Shown one piece after another: positions 9,652-17,279 of a stretch of 40,000 nt of DNA (within the stretch, counting starts at the first letter, position 1; every line of letters starts with the position of its first letter). This DNA is from Pontibacter populi (GTDB taxonomy: Bacteria; Bacteroidota; Bacteroidia; Cytophagales; Hymenobacteraceae), in assembly GCF_040278685.1 (NCBI RefSeq), contig NZ_JBEOKT010000001.1, positions 223,398-263,397 on the forward strand, read 5' to 3'. The notes beneath the pieces were generated by a model. The model saw nothing but the letters and a program-made list of their open reading frames with translations, did no database searches and was not told the origin of the DNA. A program made the position numbers and the translations under genes.

Positions 9652-10577
9652 AATGCATCAAAATTTATATCCCAAACCGAAATGGTGCGGTCATCGCTAC
9701 ACGAAACTAACTGATTCTTGTGAGCCGACCAAAATAATTTATTAACCGATGTGCCGTGGCTGGCGTTCCGCACTTTATCGATCACTTTCAGCAATTTAAA
9801 GGTCTCGGCATCCCAAAGCTTCACCGATTTATCCATGCTGCAGGTGGCAAAATAGCTGCCATCCGGGCTGTAAGTAATGTTGTTGATCGTATACATGTGC
9901 GCGATCACGTAGCCACGCTCTTTGTAGTTGTTCTGAGCTTCCCAAACCCTGAGATGTGCATCGCGGCCTCCTGTTAAAAGCAATTCGCCATCAGGTGAGT
10001 AAACTATAGTAAACACCGAATTGGTATGGTTCTGCAACTCATATTTCATGTCCATGGTGGCGGCATCAAAAATGCGCACGGTGTGGTCGCTGTAGCCGGC
10101 TGCCAGCTCGTTGGTTTTGGAATTATAAGCCAGACTGCGCACGCTTTTCTCCGATTTCCGAACTATAGTTTCCAGCTCAAACGTGTCGGCAGCAACTATA
10201 GCAATACCGCCGTTTTTCAGACCCACGTAAACTTTATTCAGGTCAGCAACATAGGCAATGTCAAAAATGGGCACCTTCGGCAGTGGCACCGACTTAATTA
10301 TAGCTTTCTGTTTTACATCTAACACGTGCAGGCCTTCGTTGTTCTGGCCAACCAGCAGCAGGTCGCGGTCCGGAATATACTTGATGGCGTAAACAGAGCT
10401 TTCGGTGCGGGCAATCAGTTCGCCTTGCTCCGGGTCGTTAAAGTCCCAGCGCACGATCATTCCATCACCGGCAGCCGAATAAAAATGGGTATCGCTCCCA
10501 GATTGCTCCAAACTATAAACGCAGTCGCGGTGACCGGTTAGGGTAGCTATTTTCTGTACTTGTACCTTGCTCGCCAT
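9648..10577 (-). CDS. WD40 repeat protein
   Basis: Multiple GH..WD-like blades (e.g. VWD, LWD, VRIFD). The stop overlaps the DivIVA start as ATGA. Confidence 0.8.
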   Translation of the reverse strand: MASKVQVQKIATLTGHRDCVYSLEQSGSDTHFYSAAGDGMIVRWDFNDPEQGELIARTESSVYAIKYIPDRDLLLVGQNNEGLHVLDVKQKAIIKSVPLPKVPIFDIAYVADLNKVYVGLKNGGIAIVAADTFELETIVRKSEKSVRSLAYNSKTNELAAGYSDHTVRIFDAATMDMKYELQNHTNSVFTIVYSPDGELLLTGGRDAHLRVWEAQNNYKERGYVIAHMYTINNITYSPDGSYFATCSMDKSVKLWDAETFKLLKVIDKVRNASHGTSVNKLFWSAHKNQLVSCSDDRTISVWDINFDAL

Positions 10578-10661
10578 TAGTAAAATCAGCGTAAGTTAAA
10601 TTTTAGCTAAATTTACAAATCCCCGGTTGCCCATCAAAGAAGCACCGGTTATACTTTGCTT

Positions 10662-11312
10662 ATGCCCCTACTCATTTCACGCCAGCTAAACGAGCATACT
10701 ATACTTGGAACGTGGTCTATTACAGAACGTACCGATGAGCTTTCGCTTGCCCTGCCCGTCGGAATTTCTCCTGACCTGATGCTGGAGCAGGCGCACCCGC
10801 GCCGGCAGAAAGAGTGGCTGGCCAGCAGGTTGCTGGTTTATAATTTGCTGCAGCAGTTTACTTCTGACATGCCTGTACTTCAGCGCAATGGGCATGGCAA
10901 ACCGGTATTTGAACAGGCACCATATTTTGTATCTATCAGTCATTCACCGGAGCTGGCGGCCGTTATAGTTTCAGATAAATATGAAGTTGGCATAGATGTT
11001 GAATTACTAAGTCCGAAGGCGCTGCGTGTGGCTCACAAGTTTTTAAACGAAGACGAGAAGAACTATACTTGCGGCGAAGCGGACAAAACCTGTTTGTACT
11101 GGAGCGCCAAAGAAACATTGTATAAAATGTATAGCCAACGGCAACTGATATTTAAAGAGAACCTGCTGCTACAACCTGATCCCGAAACAGAAAATTTGCT
11201 TTTAGGGCGTGTGCAGACGGATAATTTTTCTAAATTGTATCAGGTACACCACGAGGTTCTACAACAACACGTACTTACTTATTGTATTGATATTTCTACT
11301 AACGAACTATAA
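10662..11312 (+). CDS. 4'-phosphopantetheinyl transferase (Sfp/EntD type)
   Basis: GKP..SISHS..GIDVE and W(S)AKEA/TLYK motifs. An alternative TTG start lies at 10656. Confidence 0.75.
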   Translation: MPLLISRQLNEHTILGTWSITERTDELSLALPVGISPDLMLEQAHPRRQKEWLASRLLVYNLLQQFTSDMPVLQRNGHGKPVFEQAPYFVSISHSPELAAVIVSDKYEVGIDVELLSPKALRVAHKFLNEDEKNYTCGEADKTCLYWSAKETLYKMYSQRQLIFKENLLLQPDPETENLLLGRVQTDNFSKLYQVHHEVLQQHVLTYCIDISTNEL

Positions 11313-11313
11313 C

Positions 11314-11904
11314 ATGAAATTTTTAGCAACTCTTGCCGCTGCCCTTTTGCTTACGGTAAGCGGATTTGCACAAAGCAGCAGCTACAAACTTGGCGATAAG
11401 GTATCTGACTTTACGCTGCAGGGGGTGGGCAACACAACCGTATCACTGAACGACTTTGCCAACAGCAAAACCGTGGTGCTGGTGTTTACCAACAACACCT
11501 GCCCTTACGCCAAACTATACGAAAACCGACTGGTAACATTATCGAGTGCTTATGCCAGCAAAGGTGTTCAGTTCATCTTCGTTAACCCGGGCGTAGGCCT
11601 TGGTGAAGGCAGCGAGACCCTGGAAGATATGGCTACCAAGAACTATAGATTCCCGTACCTGGCCGACGAAGGACAGAAAGTTAGCTCACGTTTTGGCGCT
11701 ACTAAAACCCCTGAAGTATTTGTACTACACAACACCGGCAACGGCTTTGTGCTGAAATATAAAGGTGCCATTGACGATAACCCACAGGTGGAAAGCGGCG
11801 TGAAAAACCCATACCTGAAAAGCGTGATAGATCAGGTTTTAGCCGATCGTACTGTAACCGTAGCCGATAAACGCGCCACCGGCTGTTTGATAAGGAAATA
11901 TTAA
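11314..11904 (+). CDS. secreted thioredoxin-fold (redoxin/AhpC-TSA family) protein
   Basis: The signal peptide starts at the internal ATG 11314. It has an FTNNTCPY thiol motif and KTPEVFVL. I rejected the upstream extension to 11209. Confidence 0.7.
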   Translation: MKFLATLAAALLLTVSGFAQSSSYKLGDKVSDFTLQGVGNTTVSLNDFANSKTVVLVFTNNTCPYAKLYENRLVTLSSAYASKGVQFIFVNPGVGLGEGSETLEDMATKNYRFPYLADEGQKVSSRFGATKTPEVFVLHNTGNGFVLKYKGAIDDNPQVESGVKNPYLKSVIDQVLADRTVTVADKRATGCLIRKY

Positions 11905-11925
11905 ACTATAGTTTGAACTATAAAA

Positions 11926-11968
11926 GCAGAAGCCGCTCTTAGAATATAGGAGCGGCTTCTGTGTTTTT
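11926..11968. terminator. terminator, probably bidirectional
   Basis: 12-bp stem CAGAAGCCGCTC / GAGCGGCTTCTG followed by a T5 run. Confidence 0.7.
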
Positions 11969-12392
11969 AATCAATTCTAAATGTTATTGGAATACTCATC
12001 CTAGTTCTTACCTTTTTTCCCTCCACAATTCCTGGCTGCCATCTGTTCATCATTGAAGCTACTCGCATTGCTTCTTCATCAAATTTAGGACACAATCTCT
12101 TCAAGTATTTACTATCACTAACTGAGCCGTCAACTTCTACTATAAATGAAATGACTACAGTCCCAGAGCAATCCATTTGCGGATCAGGCCACATTAAATG
12201 TTTTCCAATGAATTTCTTTAGCTTTTTGATTCCGTAATTACCTTCAGATGTAACAAGGATTGGATACACATCAACATCTACAAAAACTGTGCTATCCGGC
12301 CGTATTAGATTAGGTAAATACTGTTGAGCTTGAGTGTTTAATGTAACACCTAATACTATACTTAATAAGAGCAGTAAAATCTTTCTCATCAA
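11967..12392 (-). CDS. secreted TonB C-terminal-domain protein
   Basis: Signal peptide plus a TonB_C-like block (GTVVISFIVEVDGSVSD...W.PG...GK.V). It lies in the low-GC islet. Confidence 0.6.
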   Translation of the reverse strand: MMRKILLLLLSIVLGVTLNTQAQQYLPNLIRPDSTVFVDVDVYPILVTSEGNYGIKKLKKFIGKHLMWPDPQMDCSGTVVISFIVEVDGSVSDSKYLKRLCPKFDEEAMRVASMMNRWQPGIVEGKKVRTRMSIPITFRID

Positions 12393-12446
12393 ATTTAATT
12401 AGTATGAGTAGCAGGTATAAACACCATCAACTTTTTTAATTTAAGT

Positions 12447-12641
12447 TTAGAAATGGATTACCTCTCCTGGCTTAGATTCCTTAATCAGAGCAATTATTTC
12501 TTCTCCATGCTCTTTTGAACGACAAGGGATTATAATCTTGTTTGGCGCATTTTTTATATCATTAATGACAGCAAGATTTCCAGCCATCATTTCCCGAATT
12601 GTTAATGTTCCAATAATTTTTGGTCGAACAAGTTTACCCAT
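12447..12641 (-). CDS. hypothetical small protein (64 aa)
   Basis: ORF only, with no recognisable family. Low-GC composition. Confidence 0.35.
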   Translation of the reverse strand: MGKLVRPKIIGTLTIREMMAGNLAVINDIKNAPNKIIIPCRSKEHGEEIIALIKESKPGEVIHF

Positions 12642-12655
12642 AGTTGTTCTTTCTA

Positions 12656-13513
12656 TTACTCCGGTTGAATAGCCGGATCATCGTCCGTAATAGCCGTTAG
12701 CAGTTTGGTTACTTCGGTGGCTTTTTCCAGGTCTTTCATTTTCTCGAAGGAGAAAGCCAGGTTGCGTAGTGCGCGCTTGATGATCTCTAGGTTAGAAGTC
12801 GGCTCGTAGAAAATATCGACCGGGTTCAGGTTCAGTTGCAGAATATAGTTGTCGATATCGGCTTTAGAAAGAATAAGGCCTTTGTTGTAGACGTTGATGT
12901 AGAACTGCACCCCGTCCATTTTGTAGGTAAGTATAAACAGGTTAGGAAGGTTTACGCCATATACCGGGAAGCCCAGCCTCTGCGCAATCACCATATAAAT
13001 AACGCAAAGGGTAAGCGGGTTGCCACGTTTGGTCTCCAGGGCCAGGTGCAGCATAGAGTTTGCCGGCGAATGGAAATTTTTGGTATTGGCTGAGAATTTC
13101 TGCTCCCGGAACAGCACATTGTTCAGCGATTTTACCTGGTCGTAAGGGTGCATCTCATCCTTCATGTGCGTCCAGGCATCAAAGTATAGCTGGTCCATGG
13201 TTTTAGAGATAGCCGCAAAATCGACGTCGGGGTACATATAAGAGTTTACCAGCCACATGCCTTTCAGCAGATCGGTAGCGCCTTCTTCTTTCCATTCCTG
13301 CAAACGGTGCAGCACAACATTAAACTGCATGTCGTGTATCAGGTCTTCTATCTTTTTCTGCAGGTCAGGGTTCAGGGTTTCTTCCCACTCCTCTTCCAGC
13401 AGCGGAATAGCGCCTTCACCCAACGAGATTATTTTCTTCTCCACATGCTGCGCCACCTCATAATCCGAATCGTCCAACAGCGAGATAAGCGCCTTTATTT
13501 CCTTCTTTGTCAC
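12656..13513 (-). CDS. transglutaminase-like/SirB1 (UPF0162) family protein
   Basis: Core motif KRGNPLTLCVIYMVIAQRLGFPVYGVNLPNLFIL is typical of SirB1-like proteins, and the tail is TPR-like. Confidence 0.65.
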   Translation of the reverse strand: MTKKEIKALISLLDDSDYEVAQHVEKKIISLGEGAIPLLEEEWEETLNPDLQKKIEDLIHDMQFNVVLHRLQEWKEEGATDLLKGMWLVNSYMYPDVDFAAISKTMDQLYFDAWTHMKDEMHPYDQVKSLNNVLFREQKFSANTKNFHSPANSMLHLALETKRGNPLTLCVIYMVIAQRLGFPVYGVNLPNLFILTYKMDGVQFYINVYNKGLILSKADIDNYILQLNLNPVDIFYEPTSNLEIIKRALRNLAFSFEKMKDLEKATEVTKLLTAITDDDPAIQPE

Positions 13514-13518
13514 GTATG

Positions 13519-13625
13519 TTATAATTAGAAATGCAAAATTAGAAATTAGAATTGTTTGCGATTATACCAGGCAGTATTTTGCCCCAAACCAATTTCTAAT
13601 TTCTAATTCATAATTTTTAATTTCT
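13519..13625. repeat. inverted pair of degenerate heptad arrays (AATTNNN type); probable terminator/attenuator hairpin
   Basis: AATTTCT AATTTCT AATTCAT AATTTTT AATTTCT at 13591-13625. The left arm at 13519-13553 is its imperfect complement, giving a ~18-bp stem with one bulge. Confidence 0.6.
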
Positions 13626-13629
13626 CAGA

Positions 13630-15258
13630 TCACGTTTGTATCACACCCACATTGTAAGGCTTCTCTATTGGGGCGTGGTTTGCCGCTTCAATACCCATAG
13701 ATATTACCTTGCGGGTTTCCAGCGGATCGATGATGCCATCTACCCATAAACGAGCGGCCGCATAATAAGGTGACAGTTCTTCGTTATACTTTGCTTTAAT
13801 ACGCTCCAGTAATTCCTGCTCGGCTTCCGGAGTAATTTCTTCACCTTTGCCTTTTAAAGCTGATACCTGGATCTGCAGTAGCGTATTGGCTGCTGCTGCA
13901 CCACTCATAACTGCCAGCTGTGCAGTTGGCCAGGAGTAGATCAGGCGTGGATCATAAGCTTTACCGCACATGGCGTAGTTACCGGCACCATAGCTGTTAC
14001 CTATCAATATAGTTATTTTAGGAACTACCGAGTTGGCCATGGCACTCACCATTTTAGCGCCATCTTTTATAATACCGCCGTGCTCAGACTTGCTACCAAC
14101 CATAAACCCGGATACGTCCTGCAAAAACACCAGCGGAATTTTCTTCTGGTTGCAGTTCATGATAAAGCGCGCAGCCTTGTCAGCAGAGTCGGAGTAGATT
14201 ACGCCGCCCATCTGCATTTCGCCTTTCTTGCTCTTTACTATTTTGCGCTGGTTGGCAACTATACCAACTGCCCAGCCATCAATGCGGCCCAGGCCACAGA
14301 TAAGCGACTGACCATATAGTTCTTTGTAAGGCTCAAATTCAGAGTTATCTACCAAACGGTTGATGATGTCCATCATGTCGTATGGCTTCACGCGGTCCGC
14401 TGGCAGTATACCGTAAATTTCCTGCTCGTCCAGCTTTGGGGCAACAGGCTCTACACGGCTAAATCCGGCCTTCGGGTTATCGCCCAGCTTATCGAAAATA
14501 GTGCGGATATGGTCCAGCGCTTCTTTATCGTCTTTGCATTTATAGTCGGTTACACCAGATATTTCGCAGTGCGTTGTAGCGCCGCCCAGTGTTTCGTTAT
14601 CAATCGTTTCGCCTATCGCAGATTTTACCAGGTAAGAACCACCCAGGAATACCGAACCAGTACCTTCCACTATAAGGGCTTCATCGCTCATAATGGGCAG
14701 GTAAGCGCCACCGGCTACACAGCTTCCCATAATAGCGGCAATCTGCACTATACCCATCGAGCTCATAACCGCATTGTTGCGGAACATACGGCCAAAGTGT
14801 TCTTTATCCGGGAAGATCTCGTTCTGCATCGGCAAAAACACACCAGCACTATCTACCAGGTAAACTATAGGCAGTTTATTTTCAATAGAGATTTCCTGGG
14901 CTCTTAGGTTTTTCTTGGCAGTTATCGGGAACCAGGCGCCGGCCTTTACAGTGGCATCGTTGGCAACTATCACGCACTGGCGACCTGAAACATAACCTAT
15001 ACCTGTAACTACACCGCCGCTTGGGCAGCCACCTACTTCGGTATACATGCCATCGCCGGCAAAAGCGCCTACTTCCAGAAACTCAGAATCTTCATCAATC
15101 AGGTAAGCTATACGCTCGCGGGCAGTCATTTTGCCTTTTTCGTGCTCTTTGGCAATGCGCTTTTCGCCACCGCCCAGGTATACTTTCTTTAGTTTAGTTT
15201 TAAGCTGATAAGTAAGCTGCTTTAGGGAGTCTTCGTTTTTGTTAAATTCGATATCCAT
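13630..15258 (-). CDS. acyl-CoA carboxylase carboxyltransferase subunit (methylcrotonyl-CoA carboxylase beta-like)
   Basis: 542 aa. Both carboxyltransferase halves are conserved (GGGEKRI..HEKGKMTARERI, VANDATVKAG, GNSYGAGNYAM). Confidence 0.85.
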   Translation of the reverse strand: MDIEFNKNEDSLKQLTYQLKTKLKKVYLGGGEKRIAKEHEKGKMTARERIAYLIDEDSEFLEVGAFAGDGMYTEVGGCPSGGVVTGIGYVSGRQCVIVANDATVKAGAWFPITAKKNLRAQEISIENKLPIVYLVDSAGVFLPMQNEIFPDKEHFGRMFRNNAVMSSMGIVQIAAIMGSCVAGGAYLPIMSDEALIVEGTGSVFLGGSYLVKSAIGETIDNETLGGATTHCEISGVTDYKCKDDKEALDHIRTIFDKLGDNPKAGFSRVEPVAPKLDEQEIYGILPADRVKPYDMMDIINRLVDNSEFEPYKELYGQSLICGLGRIDGWAVGIVANQRKIVKSKKGEMQMGGVIYSDSADKAARFIMNCNQKKIPLVFLQDVSGFMVGSKSEHGGIIKDGAKMVSAMANSVVPKITILIGNSYGAGNYAMCGKAYDPRLIYSWPTAQLAVMSGAAAANTLLQIQVSALKGKGEEITPEAEQELLERIKAKYNEELSPYYAAARLWVDGIIDPLETRKVISMGIEAANHAPIEKPYNVGVIQT

Positions 15259-15296
15259 GAAGGGTAGGGTTGTATTGAGGAACTACTTACAAAGAA

Positions 15297-15319
15297 AAAT
15301 CCGCCCAGAAAGCGGATTT
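15297..15319 (-). terminator. rho-independent terminator after the MlaD gene
   Basis: AAATCCGC / GCGGATTT stem. On the minus strand it is followed by TTTTTCTTT. Confidence 0.65.
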
Positions 15320-15344
15320 CACAAATATACAATTTTATATAGCC

Positions 15345-16403
15345 TTATTTAACTTTAGTTGTATCCGGTTTGATCGGAATTTTAAGTGTGTCCGGCACAG
15401 GCCTCATGAACTCATCCGGGTTCTCGTCCTGCATCTCTTTCACTTCTTCCAGGGTTATTACGCGTCCGGTAGCATCTACTTTATACTTGTCTTTTCTGCC
15501 GATAAGCGAGAACTGCACGTAGCGTTTCGGGTAAGCCTGTATGTCGCGCAGCAGCATGTTCAGGGCTTCCGTAGACCGGGTCATGTTCTGGTACAGGGCG
15601 TCGTCGTTCATCAGCTTACCCATCGAACCCTCATTAGAGTTAAGCTTGGCAACGGTCTGCTGCATTTCTACCACAGCTTTGTTGGCATTGTCAACCAGTT
15701 TGTTCACTTCAGCCTGTTTCAGGGTATCCGTTATTTCGGCCATGTTCAGGGCAATGCGGTCTATGTAGCGCTGCGTCTGCAACAGAGAAGTCATCAACCT
15801 GTTTGTATTGGCTGTTATCTCGTTGATGTTTTTCTGGTTGTCACGCAGCATCTGGTTCATCGCTTCAGTTGTAGCCTGTGTATTGGCAAGTATAAGCTGC
15901 AGGTTCTCTTTAGCTTCGCTGTCGAGCAAACGGTTCACGCGGGCCAGTGTTGTATCAACTTTATCAATAACCGGTACAGCCTTGGTTGTCAGCATATCAG
16001 CTATGCTCTTTTCATTATAAGGGATCAGGCGTTCGCCACCTTTATAGATTTTCTTGCTGTTACCCAAATAGAGGACGATTGCCTTACTACCTAAAAGGTC
16101 AGAACTGGCAAGCGCCGCTATAGTTGAGTCTCCAACCTGGATATCATCCTGCACTTCGATCTCAACCATGATATGATTGTGTTCTTTTGGCAGGAGCCGC
16201 ATTTTCTGCACAGAGCCTATTTGCACACCGTTAAGCATAACAGGGTTAGAAGCTGTGAGGCCATCTACGTTTTCGTATACTATACGGAAGCTTCTGGTAT
16301 CAGAGAACAGGTCTGCCCCTTTCAGGAACGTAAACCCGAAGTAAAGTACAACGAGTGCTACTATACCAAGTAGCGCTACTTTTATTTCTTTTGATATTTT
16401 CAC
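15345..16403 (-). CDS. MlaD/MCE family protein
   Basis: N-terminal TM helix, an MCE domain (VDGLTASNPVMLNGVQIGSV) and a long helical C-terminus. Confidence 0.8.
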   Translation of the reverse strand: MKISKEIKVALLGIVALVVLYFGFTFLKGADLFSDTRSFRIVYENVDGLTASNPVMLNGVQIGSVQKMRLLPKEHNHIMVEIEVQDDIQVGDSTIAALASSDLLGSKAIVLYLGNSKKIYKGGERLIPYNEKSIADMLTTKAVPVIDKVDTTLARVNRLLDSEAKENLQLILANTQATTEAMNQMLRDNQKNINEITANTNRLMTSLLQTQRYIDRIALNMAEITDTLKQAEVNKLVDNANKAVVEMQQTVAKLNSNEGSMGKLMNDDALYQNMTRSTEALNMLLRDIQAYPKRYVQFSLIGRKDKYKVDATGRVITLEEVKEMQDENPDEFMRPVPDTLKIPIKPDTTKVK

Positions 16404-16424
16404 GAAGGGATTTTAAGTACTGTA

Positions 16425-17207
16425 TTAGTTCATGGCTTCCAGTTCTCTTTTATAATCCTTGAAAGCACGATATATACCTGATGCCATATACGATTGGCCG
16501 GTCTTATCGTTAAGAAATTTTTCTTCAGTAGGATTTGTAAGGAAACCGCACTCAATCAGTACGCTAGGCATATAGGATTTCCAGAGCACCAGGAAGCCTG
16601 CCTGCTTTACGCCACGGCTGCTTCTGCCCACTCTCGCTTTAAACTCATTTTCAACTTTCTGAGCAAAACGAAGGCTGTTATCCATGTATGCGCTTTGGTG
16701 CAGTGTAAACAGGATATGGCTTTGTGGGGAGTTCGGGTCGAAACCGCCATAGTTCTCTTTGTAGTTGTCTTCGTGCAGAATTACGGAGTTCTCGCGTTTG
16801 GCAACATCCAGGTTACCTTTAGACGTATGAAGACCCATCGCGTAGGTTTCGGTGCCATGTGCGGCTGGCGGACCTGCGTTCAGGTGGATAGAAATAAAAA
16901 GATCAGCGTTGTTTTTGTTGGCGACACCGGCACGGTCTATCAGTTCGACAAACGTGTCTGTTTTGCGGGTATAAACTACCTTAACATCCGGGATATTTTT
17001 CTCGATCAGGCTGCCTACTTGCAATGCAAGACTCAGAGCAACATCTGCCTCATGGGATACTTTGCCGTTACACCCTACATCTTTACCTCCGTGGCCCGCG
17101 TCTATAACCACCGTACGAACCTTATAGTCTTTGCGGTACTCCAGTTTATTGGAGGATAATAAGAAGAATACCAGGGCTAAAACTGAAATAGTAACAATAT
17201 TTCTCAC
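16425..17207 (-). CDS. N-acetylmuramoyl-L-alanine amidase (Amidase_3)
   Basis: VIDAGHGGKD, SIHLNA and ECGFLTN motifs. Confidence 0.85.
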   Translation of the reverse strand: MRNIVTISVLALVFFLLSSNKLEYRKDYKVRTVVIDAGHGGKDVGCNGKVSHEADVALSLALQVGSLIEKNIPDVKVVYTRKTDTFVELIDRAGVANKNNADLFISIHLNAGPPAAHGTETYAMGLHTSKGNLDVAKRENSVILHEDNYKENYGGFDPNSPQSHILFTLHQSAYMDNSLRFAQKVENEFKARVGRSSRGVKQAGFLVLWKSYMPSVLIECGFLTNPTEEKFLNDKTGQSYMASGIYRAFKDYKRELEAMN

Positions 17208-17234
17208 AACGCTCGTTAGTTAAAAGTTAAACAA

Positions 17235-17242
17235 TAACTTTG
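17235..17242 (+). promoter_or_regulatory. candidate -7 box (TAACTTTG)
   Basis: TAnnTTTG match 38 nt upstream of the TTG start at 17280. Confidence 0.4.
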
Positions 17243-17279
17243 TACAAATTAAATAAAACTTTAGGGAAGTCTGAAGAAG

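Noticed and set aside
11209-11313. Upstream extension of the thioredoxin-fold gene to 11209
   Set aside because: It would overlap the PPTase gene by about 100 nt and bury the signal peptide. The ATG at 11314 gives a canonical signal peptide 2 nt after the PPTase stop.
11967-12641. Toxin-antitoxin or other two-gene defence module in the low-GC islet
   Set aside because: One protein is a secreted TonB-C-domain protein. The other has no recognisable toxin or antitoxin or DNA-binding motif. A 54-nt gap separates them, with no overlap typical of TA pairs.
16494-17159. 221-aa ORF on the plus strand opposite the amidase gene; similar long antisense ORFs at 2936..3433, 14509..14907, 29795..30271, 31396..31806 and 38285..38680
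   Set aside because: Each lies antisense to a gene with strong family motifs. They have no recognisable motifs of their own.
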